The notes beneath the pieces are model-generated. The model saw nothing but the letters and a program-made list of their open reading frames with translations, ran no database searches and was not told the origin of the DNA. The translations under genes were made by a program, and so were the position numbers. Of a stretch of 64,000 nt of DNA, positions 1 through 14,782 are shown piece after piece; within the stretch, counting starts at the first letter, position 1; each line of letters starts with the position of its first letter. The DNA is taken from the NCBI RefSeq assembly GCF_009914755.1, contig NC_060927.1; one strand, written 5' to 3'. This DNA is from the human T2T-CHM13v2.0 reference genome, Homo sapiens.

Positions 1-1185
1 TTTTTTCAATAACTCCTATGTGAGCAATGGCATAGTCTCAATCACCCATAGGAACAGGACTCAGGAGGCCCAGACTTCGGCCACTTTGTTCCTTCGGCCC
101 CGGGATTCCCCCTCACTGAGTTGGGGACTGCCTATCTCCTGAACAGATTCCATCTTCAGGCCTCCTTGTGCCTGAACTCAGCTTCCAGGGACACCTAAGT
201 AAGCAACAGCAATAGAAATCGGGCAGAGGAAAAAGGCAGAGAAAAAGAACTAGGTGGCTGTGTTTCCCTGGGACGTCAGATGGGCCCCTGCACTGGGGCT
301 CCAGGTTCCCGATCTCCAGAAAATATTGGTGACAAGGAACCAGACTCAGGGCGCTCTCTGCACAGGGGATTCTGCTGTGGCAAATGGGCGCTGCCATGCA
401 GGGAAAGGTATTGCAGGCTGCCGTGCCCCCTTCTAGGGATTGGCATATTCAATACACAAGGATTGTGTTTATTTGCTTAGTAGATTGGTCATTTTAACTA
501 GAAGAAAAATTCAAGTCACAAGAGTAGAGAATGTTAAAAATGTCTTTCACTCAGATAAGAGAGTAAGACAATGAATAAATTTGTCGTTTTTATTTTTGCT
601 TGTTTCTTTCATAAATACATATTGAAGTCTTGAGAGGGGCATTGATCTAAGGGGGGCAATGTAAACAGGATCAGAAATGGAAAATATGGGGCTTTCTCCT
701 CCAGGAATTTGCCATTTGACTGCAGGGTCAAGACTTAGACACACAAAAAAGGTAACAACAGAAGACTTGAATCATACGGTGATTTATTCTTTTATACATT
801 CAACACTTATTTACGGAGAGCTTCCTATAACCTTGGGAATCTGTGGGCCTACCATTCCCAAAAATATAAAAGAGTGCACCAGGCTGGATATGACAATATG
901 CCAAGTGAGGGAGACAGAGGGCCAGTGTGGCAGGAGAAGAGGGTGAAACTGCAAGACTCCATCAAGGTAGAAAAACCACAAGTGTCTTGTGAAAAGGAGT
1001 TAAGATTTGGAGATGGCAGCAATACAGAAAGGAAAAACAGCATGGGCAAAGCCATGAGGGTGCCACCGCCCAAGTCTTACTCAGGGGCAATGAGAGAATG
1101 ACCTTGGCGGGAGAAGAAGGTTTATGTGGGGATGATTATGGAGAGCAATGGGTGCCAGGCTAAGGTGTTTGGAAGCCATTGAGAG

Positions 1186-1222
1186 GTTGGTTGTTTGGTT
1201 GGTTGGTTGGTTGGTTGGTTTG
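1186..1222. repeat. (TTGG)n microsatellite
   Basis: Direct reading of ggttggttgtttggttggtt... Confidence 0.9.
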
Positions 1223-2041
1223 GGATTGTGGTATTTCAAGGATATTAATCTGGCAAGAAGATGCTAAAGAGATTGAATCAGTAGGACAGTCAAAGGCAAA
1301 GGCAGTAGAACCAAAGTGAGAAGGAGGGACTGGGTATAAACAGCGGAACGTGAGCCAGATGGGTGGGTAACTGGCAGCTGGTCAGTGAGGTCTCCCTCCA
1401 CTAAGGACCAGAAGGAAGATGAACCTCTTCCACGTTCCCATGTCCTGCTGACCCCTCCTTAGCTCTTGGTCTAACCATTTGCCACTGAGATTCTCCCTCA
1501 CTGCAGATACGAAGTGCCCAAAACCTGCCCAGTGGCTAGGACCTCGGTCCATGCAGTTACAGGCCATAGTGGGGAGAATCAGCCTATGGCTGACCTCATG
1601 CCACACACAGCACCTGCAGTGATATCTGAGGGCTTCATTCTGCTTCACAAAGGGAAAATAACAATGACAAATCATGCACTAGCACTTGAGTAGGCAACTG
1701 CCTTACAATATTTTGTATAATCTCTACAGCCACCTTGTTAGTTTGGTACTACAATTATCATTTTTGAGACAAGAAAACTGATTCTGAGTAACTTGCCCAA
1801 GGACACTTGCAGATGTAGCCAGAGCTAAAACCCTGTCCTGTCCGCACCTAAGCCCTGGCTTGCAGCCCTAATAGGGAGCCCTAAACACAAAGCAGAAATC
1901 TCTCCTGACCCAAGTAGAAATTCCCAGTGCAGAAGCACCTTCCTGTCCTCATCTCTTGCCTAAGTCTGATGCTGCAGGCCCATACAGAATTCTCCTTGAA
2001 TGGGGTCCTGGACTAACAACAGCTGTCAATATCCCCCCATT

Positions 2042-2184
2042 CTTTTTTTTTTTTTTTTCGCATTTTTAGTAGAGACAGGGTTTCACTGTGTTAGCCAGGA
2101 TGGTCTCGATCTCCTGACCTCATGATCCGCCTGCCTTGGCCTCCCAAAGTGCTGGGATTACAGGTGTGAGCCACCGCGCCCGGC
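2042..2184 (-). mobile_element. Alu left monomer only (AluY/Sc-type)
   Basis: Poly-T followed by the reverse complement of the Alu left arm. Flanked by an imperfect 16-bp TSD (2028-2043 and 2185-2200). Confidence 0.85.
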
Positions 2185-3724
2185 AACATTCCCCCATTCT
2201 TATGCTGGAGAGATAGGGAGATGGAGGCTCAGAGGAGCAAGGTGATTCGCCCAGGCTCAAAGATCTAAAAACGAACCAGATTGAATCTACCTGTTATGCC
2301 TTCTCTTAAAACGTGTGTGCGCATGTGTGTGTGTAAAATAAAACTCTTTGACTATTTAATAGATAGTTTATAGAAGTATTTTTCAAAGAGAATATAGATT
2401 ATAGAAGCCCTTTTAAAAGAAAAAATTCTTGCATACCATCAAGGTTGATCTAAAGTATACTTACTTTAATGTTATTTTAATATATACAAGTATAACAATA
2501 GACTTCAATTCCTTATGCATATGTCTTATACAAGTACAAAAACCACATTTGCAAATGTAAGATACATAAAACTAAAAAACTAATAAGCCCAAATTTAAAA
2601 TGTAACTGAGTGTGAGAGATAGTGTTCATTTTCATTTGGGGTGAAACAGGACAAAGAAACAACCTCAAACAAGTGGATTTTTTTTTTATTTCACCTGTTT
2701 TAGTGTTCAACCTTGATATTAATGACATAGATTCTCTATTCACATAGAACTGTTTTACAAAATAATATTAACTTTAAGGTAATCATGCCTCACACTTAGC
2801 CACCACCCTCTCAGCGAAGCATTCTCTGATGTCTGGGGTAGTGAGGTGTCTACGACTTGGTAGTTCTCTGCAGTGGTCTTCCTTGTTTAAGGAAAGATTG
2901 TATTGTGGTGCTCCTGAAATCCAGTTTGAATGGCTATCTTAACCCACTTATTTCTAGAATTAGACGGAAAAAAAAAGTTGTTTGGTGTGTATTTACTGCC
3001 AATAATTGTTGCAATCAGGTCTGACCAAAGACAGGCCTGTGAAATGCTTGCAGGTGATGCTAATGTACTGACCGCCAGCGTGCAGGCATTTGAGTTTGGA
3101 GATCCCCCAATTCTGTTTTCTGTTTAATCTACATGACTCTGTTCATTAGCAGTTGAGGATGTCATTTGGCTGTCCTCTGGTGCAAATACGATCATAAACA
3201 CCAACATAAACATAATCCATAAGTAGCCAGCCAAAGGATCTGGAACATTCTTGTTTTAATTTGTTTCTCATTTCCATTGAAATGAAAGTATGGAATTTTT
3301 AAATTTCCATTGAGAAGTTAACATACCCTGAGGATGGAAACACAGACACTTAGGCTCAGAGGGAAGAAGACAGACAAAACCAAATCTTCCAGAGAAACCC
3401 TAGGCATAGAACTGGTGGTCACCTTCCTGGGCAAAGTCATTTCACTAGGCCCATAACCAGTAGTCAACCTTTTCTGGGCTGATTGGGTTTAGACAAAGTC
3501 CCTTCTTGGAGAGATCAAGGAACAAAAAGCAAAGGTCTTTGGTCCTTTCACACACATGGAAATAATAAGGAAATAAACAACAACATAGAAATTGTGGCAT
3601 TAGAAGAAATATTTATTCATTCAACAAACATTTATTGAACACCTACTATGTCCCAGACTGTCTGCACATAGGGAATATAGGTGTCAAAGGGCTCATAAAT
3701 CTAGGAAGACAGACATACAGTAAA

Positions 3725-3942
3725 CAGTCTCAACGTCAGCCCTATTGACATTGTGGGCCATATAATTCTTTTCTGTGGGAGCCTCTCCTGTATACTGTAG
3801 AACATTTAAAGGCATCTCTGGCCTCTACCCACCAGACAAGAGTAGCATCAATACCCACCCACACCAGTTATGGCAACCAAAAGTGGCTCCTTCCATTGCC
3901 AAATGTCCTCTAAGGGGCAAATCATCCCTGGTTAAGAACCAC
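3725..3942. mobile_element. MER20-like hAT DNA transposon
   Basis: Characteristic ...ctggcctctacccac...ttgccaaatgtcc...ggttaagaaccac. Confidence 0.7.
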
Positions 3943-4543
3943 AGCAATAAATTTTAGTAAGTGTCATGTCTGGTACAGGGTGCAGACCATGAAGAAAGGG
4001 AAGGCTTCCAAAAGGAATGACAGCTGCACTGAGTTAATAACAACAGATATGAATTACCCAAGAAGATAAAGAGGCAAAGGGTTTTCCAGAAAGAGAGACC
4101 ATCATCTTGGAAAATCACAGTGGCACGAGAGAATGTACTATGTTAAGAAAATTAAAAGGACTTAGTTCTGCTTATATGTGATATGGGCTAGGGCAGGTGG
4201 AGTGCACAGTACAATGAGATACGTTAAACGCTTAAGAATAATATGCTTAAATATTTGGCAAAATCAAAATGAAAGAAGTTTTACTAACAAATTGTTTAAA
4301 GATTTCGTGGAAATATATAATACAGGCTTCTAGATGGGGCTATTATTAAAATGTAAATTTGTCCCTAATTAATGTGTAATGATAATAATAATAGAATTTA
4401 TTAAGACCTTGCTATGTGCCAGGCATTGTTTTGAGAAATTAACATATGCCTGCTCTGATTTAGTTGGAGAGACAGGAATAATAAAAAAATTTTTTAAAGA
4501 AATTAATATATGCCTGTATTAATATACATAACTTATATAATTA

Positions 4544-4833
<290 letters not shown>

Positions 4834-5906
4834 TTTTAGATAAATTACCTATACATATTTTAATCTTTGCAACTACCCTATGAAGTAAGTAGTAGTATTA
4901 TCTCCATTTTATAGGTGAGGAAACAGGCACAAAGAGGTTAAAATATTTGCCTAATGGCACTGTGGTAGTAAATGGCAGGATGAAGATTCAGACCATACAG
5001 GCGTTCTTCAGAGCCTCAGCTCTTCTCCTTTACAAGAATTCTTATCAAAATACCGGCAAGAGTTTCCCCATGGGAACTTGACAAAGTGTCTAGGTATAAG
5101 AAGAAGCAGACAAAAAAAACGAAAGTTTTTTTTTTTAAGTATAATAAAGTGATGGGCTAACGCTGCCAGATATTCAACCAAATTTTAAAGCTTTGAAAGT
5201 TAAAAGTATGCTTTGGCATAAGGATGGACAAACAGATTAATGGAATAAAATCTAAAATCAGAAAGACATATATGTGAGTTGAATACAAGATAGAGGAGGT
5301 TTTACAAAGCAATGAAGAAAAAGGAAGTTTATTTAGTTAATGTTGCAGAAGTCATTGACTAGCTTTTTTTGAAGGAAAAAGTAATTACAGTATAACTAAC
5401 AAATATACCAAAATAAATCCTAGATTAATTAAATATTTAAAAATATAAGATAATTTTAAATATTTTAAAATTATAAAATAATTCTAGAATAACTATCTCC
5501 TAAATGGAAATTATTCTCTAAGCATAGAAATAGTGGAAGAAAACACAAAGAAAAAGTAAATTTATTTGACTACATCATTCAACAAATATTTATTGAGCAT
5601 ACTTTATGTACCAGGCACCAGGAAGCACATAAAATAAAATACATTATATGTTTTTTTCTAAATCATGTATGGAATTTAAAAGCAAATAATCAATGGGAAA
5701 AGATGTTTTTAGTAATTACAGCAATGTATTAAAATCCTTAATAAATACATAGCTCAGATAAACTGATAGAAAAAGTGCTAAAATTCTAGTAAATCAATGA
5801 GGAAGGAATACAAACTGACAATTCAAGAAAAGAACAAAAATCAAATGCTTCATACAAACTTGTTGGGTTTTTTGTTTTTTTTCTTTTCTATTTTTGATGA
5901 TGAATA

Positions 5907-6245
5907 TTTTTTATTATTATTATACTTTAAGTTCTGGGATACATGTGCAGAACGTGCAGGTTTGTTACATAGGTATACATGTGCCATAGTGGTTTGCTGC
6001 ACCCATTAACCATCTACATTAGGTATTTCTCCTAATGCTATCCCTCCCCGTGCCACCCACCCCCCTAACAGGCCCAGGTGTGTGATGTTCCCCTCCCTGT
6101 GCCCATATGTTCTCATTGTTCAACTCCCACTTACGAGTGAGAACATGAGGTGTTTGGTTTTCTGCTCCTGTGTTAGTTTGCTGAGAATGGTTGTTTCTAG
6201 CTTCATCCATGTCCCTGCAAAGGACATGAACTCATATTCGTTTTT
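5907..6245 (-). mobile_element. L1PA 3' end fragment
   Basis: ttattatactttaagttctgggatacatgtgcagaacgtgcagg... is the reverse complement of the primate L1 3' UTR. Confidence 0.9.
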
Positions 6246-7829
6246 TTCAAAAAGGCTCAAACTCAGTAATTAAAGAGATGCAAGTTAAAACAAGTAATCA
6301 TATACATATATAACTTACCAAATTCACAATGTAGACTAGGATGTAAAGAGATAAGAACTTTCAAACACTGCTGTTAGGATAAAATTCATAGAAAGCAATA
6401 TGGTTGTGTATAAAAAAAGATTTTTTAAAACTTCACAGTTTTTGACAACTTAATTTCACTCCTAGGAATCTATCCTAAAAGAGTCATCAGAAATGCTGAC
6501 AAAGAGTTATATGTAAGATGTTCATCATAACATTGCCTTTTATTCAAAAAAATGGGGGAAGGTACAATCTAACTATATAAAAATAAGTGAATAATAGCAC
6601 TTCTATATAATGAAATACTAACACACTCATATTAAATGATGTTTACAAGAGCTTTGGTGAAACTAATACAATTAAGTGAAAAGAGCAAAACATCAAACTA
6701 TATTATCCTTTAATTATGTAAAAAAATACATACAGATAATTGATAAGAAGGAAGTATGCCAAATATTTTGTCTAGGGCTTAAAATTGTGAGCAATTTGTT
6801 CAAATTCTCTCCAAATTTTCTATTATGAACACCAAAAGGTGAAATTAAAAATTAGGGATATATGTGGTAATATTTTTGAAGAAAAAATTAATAGATGTGT
6901 CAATTATTTTTCTCACTAGTATATTCATTTTATTTCTTCCTAATTCCTAGCTATAATATTTTCTATTGTTATTTATGCCACCATTTTTGCCTAATTACCA
7001 TAGACAGTGTTATAAAAAGTGGTGGAAATGTTTTCTCCAATGGCAGTAAAATAATATAAGCTCTTGGAAACTTACAACCTGAAATGACACTGCCAGGGCC
7101 GTATTTAAACCTGAATGCAGGGATGATTTCCCCTAGGAAGTCAGCAAAAATTCAGCTCCATTTTAAAGGTGATTAAACAAAGTTTACCAACCCCATTATT
7201 GTTAAACAGAATCAGACCTGGACTTATCTGGTAGAGATACATTGATATGTTTCAATAAAGCCTATTGCCATAAATGAGAAAGTCATATTTTCCTCTGCAG
7301 ACCCCCATTCATTTTTTGGCAGATACGGCTAAAATAGTAGTCTGCTCAGAGCCCAGAAAACTTACCAGGAAGTGAAAAATCCTATCTTCCAGGTGTTTTA
7401 AAACACATCAGTATTTATTTCACACAGAAGAAGTGTGTAGATTTACAATTTCACTCCTCTCATTCAGTATTCTGCCTAGGTAGAGATAGTCTTAGTTTAT
7501 CCTTTAAAATTAACTTTTTCTATTTTCAAAAAAGTGTCACTGTCACCATTTCAGCCAAGAAAGAAAATTTAATTCCTTATTATCTGAATAACATTTTTCC
7601 CTATTTTGAAACTCTGCATGAAAACATTTGCATAGGGAAACTGGGGGGGGAATTGCCATAGATGAAAAATAGATAACTTTAATCAACAATTTTTTTATTT
7701 TTCCATCTTCAATCTATGTTTTTGGTGGTATTCTAACACATGTATATGTATTGTCGGGGGAAGGTTAGACAAATGTCATAAATTGAACATCTGAAAATCA
7801 AACCAATAGAGCTTTTTAAGAATAAAAGG

Positions 7830-8345
7830 ATACAATTTGACCTAGCAATCCCATTACTGGGTATATACCCAAAGGAATATAAACCATTCTACTATAAAAG
7901 CACATGCACACATATGTTTATTGCAGCACGATTTATAATAGCAGAGATGTGGAACCAACCCAAATGCCCATCAATGATAGACTGGATAAAATGTGGTACA
8001 TATACACCATAGAATACTATGCAGCCATAAAAAGGAATGAGATCATATCCTTTGCAGGAACATGGATGAAGCTAGAAGCCATCATCCTCAGCAAACTAAC
8101 ACAGAAACAGAAAACTATACACCACATGTTCTCACTCATAAGTGGGAGCTGAACAATGAGAACACATGGACACAGGGAGGGGAACAACATATACTGGGGC
8201 CTGTCGGGGGTCGGGGGGGTGAGGGGAGGGAACCTAGATGATGGGTCAATAGGTGCAGCAAACCACCATGGCACATGTATACCTATGTAACAAACCTGCA
8301 CGTTCTGCACATGTATCCTAGAACTTAAAGTAAAATAAATTTTTT
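7830..8345 (+). mobile_element. L1PA 3' end fragment
   Basis: ORF2 C-terminal remnant (FAGTWMKLEAIILSKLTQ) plus 3' UTR ending agaacttaaagtaaaa. Confidence 0.9.
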
Positions 8346-8870
8346 AAATGAAATTTTTAAAATGAGGATTAAAAAGCCTGCCTGTTGGTTGAAATAAAAG
8401 TAAGATAGACTCTGTCTATGGAAACAGTGGTAGAATCATTCCTGAATTATTCCAACAACAGTTTTCAACCTAATTGGTCAATCTATGCCCACCAGCAGAA
8501 ACCAGTGTCACTTCTAACTGTCCCCTTCCCTCCTTTTAGAATTGGCCTTGTAACAACTCAAGGGACACACTGCCATCAACATTCCTTCACTGTAGATCAT
8601 GTAACTGTTGCTTACCCTCTTATTTTAGGCTTTCTGGCTCATGCTTCACTAGAAACACTGATCACAGAACCTAAAGTAAGGTGTGCAGTGAAGGGGAGTG
8701 TTGCCTCCATTCAAATTAGAGGTAGTTCTTCCCTATTTGCTTTCTGTGTTTGCTGGGAATAATGCAGTGGGAGCAGAGGCTGGGTGCACCCAAGATAACA
8801 AAATGTCCAGACACAGAGGCTCGTTTCCTGGAGAACCTGTAAAGACCTATAAAGGTTAAAGATTGGAGTA

Positions 8871-8925
8871 TGTATGTGGGGGGGGAGTGTGGGGGTGTGT
8901 GGGGGTGTGTGTGGGTGTGTGTGTA
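8871..8925. repeat. GT/G-rich simple repeat
   Basis: gtgtgggggtgtgtgggggtgtgtgtgggtgtgtgtgt. Confidence 0.85.
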
Positions 8926-8981
8926 TGTTTCAGGGCCTTGAGGTCCAGATTTTGGAGAGTGTCATTAAAATGTCTCCGGAG

Positions 8982-9590
<609 letters not shown>

Positions 9591-10439
9591 TTTTTAAAAA
9601 GTCTCTGGATTCAGAGGCCAGACATACCTGGCCCCCATATCCGTCAACCAATTCTCTAGCAAAATTTAGTTGTATAGACAAAACATAACACCTGATGTCT
9701 TCAGCCAAGTCTCTCTACTGTGATTATACAATTCCTAATATTTTGACCAATTCTAGTGAAAACTTTTCTGCAAAATGTAGAAGATAGTGTATGAGATCTG
9801 AAAAGGCTCTGGAGTGTTCTAGTTTAGATCTCACATGTTGTGGATGAAGAACCTGTGACCTACAAGGGCTTAGGAGTTTGCCCCCAACCTGCCCAGCACA
9901 CGACAAGTTAGGGGCAGCATCAGGAGCAGATCCTAAGCCTCTCCGTGACCAGGCCAAGGACTTCAGCCCAGCTAACCCTGGTCCCTCCTCTGGCCTTTGT
10001 GGGACCTCCTGTGTCAGCCACAGAGTCCTCATGTGGTTCTTGTGGCACGAGTGAAAGCATGACATGGAAATCAACGGGGTCCCTGGCTTCCTCTCATCCC
10101 AGTTCCAATGCTTATGGACCAAGAGCATAGATCTAGGATTTGGCTTCGTGTTCTCAAAAGTGGGGACAATTTTGCCTGCCCCTGCTGCTCCATATGGAAA
10201 CAGAGAAAGAGCGCTGGACTGGAAGCTGAGGTGGGAGCCCCACCCCTGCCGTTTTTAGAGTATCTGTGGTTCCAGGCACTGGGACAAGTCCCTTAACTTA
10301 TCTGTACTTTTCTTGACTCACCCCCAAAAAATGGGGATAATAGTGCCTGCCCTACCCATTTCTGTAAGATCAAAATGGAAAGATGTAAGTGAAAAAAGTC
10401 GTTCATGAGTTGTGAGGAGAAAATGTGAAAAGTCTGGTT

Positions 10440-10885
10440 TAAGACAGAGCACGGTGGGTGCTTCCCAGGGGCCATCTTAAGCGAGGTCAGCCAAAGTGGT
10501 CTGCAGTCACGTTCCCCGTGGTGGGGACACGTCAGCCTTTTCTCCAGATGGCGGCGCTCTCCGGAGGAGCCGGAGCTGGAGGGAGGCCGGTCTGGCCCGG
10601 AGCAGGGAGTCCTTCTGCTCCCTGGCACGGCTCTGCGCTGAACCCACCCGGCCTGCGGAGAGCAGACAAGTGCCTCTTGGGCCCGCTTCTCTAACAAATG
10701 TAAAAATAATGCCCTTGAACCAGGAGCGAAACTGAGCTATCTAAGGAAAACACTGTGAGCAAATACTGAGAGCCTAGGGAAACCATCTGATTAGAAGAGC
10801 TCCCCTCAGGAGCGCGTTAGCTTCACACCTTCGGCAGCAGGAGGGCGGCAGCTTCTCGCAGGCGGCAGGGCGGGCGGCCAGGATC
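10440..10885 (+). promoter_or_regulatory. CLDN18: CpG-enriched promoter and 5' UTR of CLDN18.1
   Basis: Local rise in GC and CpG directly upstream of the ATG. NKX2-1-type CAAG motifs (CAAGTG 10667-10672, CTTG near 10676 and 10714) and a forkhead-type GCAAATA at 10759-10765. The lung isoform is an established NKX2-1 target. Confidence 0.7.
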
Positions 10886-11105
10886 ATGTCCACCACCACA
10901 TGCCAAGTGGTGGCGTTCCTCCTGTCCATCCTGGGGCTGGCCGGCTGCATCGCGGCCACCGGGATGGACATGTGGAGCACCCAGGACCTGTACGACAACC
11001 CCGTCACCTCCGTGTTCCAGTACGAAGGGCTCTGGAGGAGCTGCGTGAGGCAGAGTTCAGGCTTCACCGAATGCAGGCCCTATTTCACCATCCTGGGACT
11101 TCCAG
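10886..11105 (+). CDS. CLDN18: Claudin-18 isoform 1 (lung-type) first coding exon: TM1 and extracellular loop 1
   Basis: ATG at 10886 (A at -3). Translates MSTTTCQVVAFLLSILGLAGCIAATGMDMW...EGLWRSCVRQSSGFTEC...LGLP, carrying the claudin W-GLW-C-C signature. 220 nt, ends phase 1 before donor GTAGGC at 11106. Confidence 0.98.
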
Positions 11106-14004
11106 GTAGGCACCGTGCACCCCGGGGTAGAGCCAGGTGAACCAGGTGAGCAGGGAAGGGGGCGTTTGCGTTAAGCCCCACTCCCACCTCTGGGTGAGGA
11201 CCCTGGCAGCTCTGGCTCAGAATGAAAGGTGTGAATAAAAGGAGAAGCTGGCTCGTGTCTAATAGGGCAACAGTCATGCAGGAGAAAATGGGAGGGTTAA
11301 TACTCAAGGCGAAGGAATCGCTAGTGAGGAGGCAGGCCTCAAGAAGAATGGGTCTATTGTAAGGGTATGTTCATGATACCTGGAATAAACTCGTGTTTCT
11401 CAAGGAGAAAATAAATTGTGTGCATTACTTGCATGTGGCTTGCTCCTGCCTGCACATACATGGGAGCAGGGAAGCAGGATGCTGAGTATTTTGTTATATC
11501 TGGAAAAGTTTATTGAGAGCTAATTTAATTTTCTTTCCATTTCAATTAAATTTTTCAAAGTTGGAGTCTCTGTGGGTGCCAAAAAGAATATTGCCATTAA
11601 ATTATAAATATCCTTTTGCTGCATTTGTATTAAGAATATCTTGTATACTGTCCTAAAAATCAATGTATATCAAAATATAATTACAGAATTATAATTATAT
11701 TATGTCAGAATATAAATATAATTATAAATGTGACATCCTTTCACCCCTAAAGATGAAATAAATTAAACCCCTGCTTTTAATATAGATAATTACTTCAAAT
11801 ATGCATCATAGCAACTTTGCATTCTGAATAATATGGGAGCTCTATTTGTATTTTTAAAATGCAAACAAGAAAATAATAGCTCTAGCTAATTAGTGGCTCT
11901 AAGGGGTGGCCAAGATGTGAGTGTGATGGAGAAAGGAGAACAATGTCTCTGAAACAAATACCTTTTATAAACAAGTAGATGGAAATAAATTTGCAAGAAA
12001 TTGTGAAGAGGCTGTAGAGCCCTTGAAACTGAATTGAATTGTGAAAAGCAATTCAACTAATCCAAGTTCATTTTCAGAAAGAAATAGAAGATGGGTGTCA
12101 GAGTAGAAGAATTTGATTATTTATTCCATTTTTTGGAAGCCACTTATTGCAGGACCAACAGGATGACTGACTCCGGGGAAAGACCTGCTTAGGGAAGCAA
12201 GGGAGGTAGAACCTGGCCAAAAGAAAGAGAACCAGACTGAGGAGGGATTATGCTGTAGTGGGAGGGGAGAGGTGAGATGCAGGAAATGCCACACAGAGTG
12301 TTGAGTTGCTAGTTATGTCTAATTTTAACTATCATATAAAGAAAAAATATTGTCCTCATATTCAAAATTAAGGCATGATGTCTTATGACTTCATGTTCAA
12401 TAACCTCTCCCCAGGGCCCCACTACATATTATCAATCTCTTGCTCACTGTGTATCACAGTCTCCATACATGGGGCTCCTGAATATTCCCACTCTCCTAAA
12501 TGGGCAAACCCCATTGCGTCCACTGTGACTTGTCACTCCTATTCTGTCAACGGATCTTATCTCCATGACACCCTCTCAGAATAGCTCCACCTCTCCCCCT
12601 TGACGGAACAAGATTATCTTCCCTGCTTTCCTGCTAAGGTCAACCTCTCCTGCTAAGGTCAACCTCCCCAGCAGGGCTCTGAAGGCCTCATGCCACCTGT
12701 CTGGGATCATGCCCTGTTGGTCAGCCCCTCTCCTCCTTGCCTCTTTCATCTCTTCTCCTCACTTATGCATATGGCCTCCTTCCTGGGGAAATCTGTTGAT
12801 CCTGATCATTGTCAAGTTCTGTCTCTCTCCTGGGTCACTGACAAACCAAATTAAAAGACTAAGTTTTTCCACTACCTCTCACCCTTAACCTTTCTCAGTC
12901 TGGTTTCTATCCTTCATCTCTATAGAATGTTTGCTTTTTTGACCATAGCAGAGGATGAAGGGGAGTATTTCAGTCACCAACTCCTAGTTCTCAGTTCTCA
13001 TCTCCTTAGACATTTCAAAACCCAAACAACTTCCACGGTTCCCCATTCCCAGCTTAACTAGGTGCACACATAACAGCCTGACACCAAGCCTTCCTAACCC
13101 CTCACCTACCTTCCTTGGCAGTCTCTTACTCCCCCATCCTGTTTCTTCTGTCCTTTCAGTATACCTTGGACTTGGTCCTGGACATCCATTGCTCCTGCTC
13201 CCCTGAATTCCCCCCTCCACCACCCCAACTGTCCTCTCACAAATCTTCCTCCAAACCTCCTCAAGCCCCCAAATTGAATAAAGATTCCACAAGTCTCTGT
13301 ACCAAACCCAGAGCATTCTCATAGCATTGAGCATATTCACCCCGCGTGACACTGCTCTCAAATCTGAGAAGCATTTATTGCATACCTACAAAGAGTACAC
13401 AACACAAAACTGGCCTTGTCGGCACCGTAAATTCCAGCAGAGGGGACAGGCATGTGTGTGAATATCAAAGCAAAGGCAACACATGTCATGGGGCTTTGAC
13501 ACAAGTGTTTGGAGCCCAGGAAGAAAGTGGTTATTCAGTAGGAAGAGTCAGGAGGGGAGGAAATCAGGACAGTTTTGCTAAGGGAGTTCTGTTTGAGTCT
13601 GAACTTTAGCTTACTAACTTGGTTATTTGTACATTTGTGTCATTCAGCTTCTATGTGGTGTTTCCCTTCAGCTGGATAAGAATTATTTCCCCATTTCCCA
13701 GAAAAGCGCCTGGTAGAGTGAGTATTTAGCAAAGGATTGATAAACTAAGTTGAATTAAATAGTACGAATAGTTCATTTTAAGTGTTTATGCAAGCCATTG
13801 AACTAAAAACAGGTTAAGGTCTTCCCCAAAAAGGACAGTAAATCATTTTTGTACTATAAATTTTTTGTTATTATGGCTCCATATATAGAAAAGGACCTGG
13901 TCCTCCTCCTGCCTGGAACAGATTCATTTGTTCATCCAATCATGTATTTAACAAATATCTCTTGCATGCCTACTGTGTTGCAGAGACTAGAGTTCAGGAA
14001 CTCT

Positions 14005-14320
14005 ATTAGTCAGAGTAGTTAATGTCTGCTGCTGCAACAAACAAACCTAAACATCTCAATGGCTTGACACAACAAAAGTTTACTTCCTGCCCACATAAAG
14101 TCCACTGTGGGAAGAGCAGCCTCCTTGTAGCTACACTCTTCAAAGTTGCTGGGGCAAGAGAAGAAAGGCTTGAAGGAGGCACAACAGTTCTTAACTGCTT
14201 CAATCTGAAAGGAACACATGTCACTCACAGTGCGTTGGCCACAACTAGCCATATGGCCCCAGGAGCTGGGAGATGTAGGAGCACATAGCTATTGGGTGAG
14301 CACCTACTGTCTCTACCACA
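14005..14320. mobile_element. MLT1-like (ERVL-MaLR) LTR fragment
   Basis: ctgctgcaacaaacaaacc...caatggcttgacacaacaaaagtttacttc...ttggccacaactagccatatggcc motifs. Confidence 0.6.
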
Positions 14321-14687
14321 GGGAGCATTTGAGTAGTAACTTCCTGGGCTGCAACACATCAACCACACTAATTTCAGTTCTGCCAGACAGATAATTCCCT
14401 GAACATCAAATAGTCAAAACCAATGAGATTGCAAAAGAAGATATACCATTAATTTATATTTAAACAAATATGATAGAATTATATGTGTAAACTATCATCT
14501 GACACAAGATAATATATAGCGTGTAATTTCAGAGCTAGACATTTTGGTGGGGATGGCCTGGAATCAGGAAAGAGGAGGGGTTTAAGGTAAATTTCTGCAA
14601 TGTAAAAATTCCCTAACATTTAATAACAGAGGAATGTAAATATGGCCATGGGGGTGGGGGCGGAAAGCACATTTTTTTCAAAAAGTA

Positions 14688-14782
14688 AGGAGGAAGAAAG
14701 GAACAGTGGGTGAGGGAGAGAGGGAGGGAAGGTGAGAAGGAAGAAAGTAGAGAGGAAGAGAGGGAGGAAGAGAGGTGGGAGA
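14688..14782. repeat. GA-rich polypurine low-complexity tract
   Basis: Almost entirely G/A on the + strand. Confidence 0.75.
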
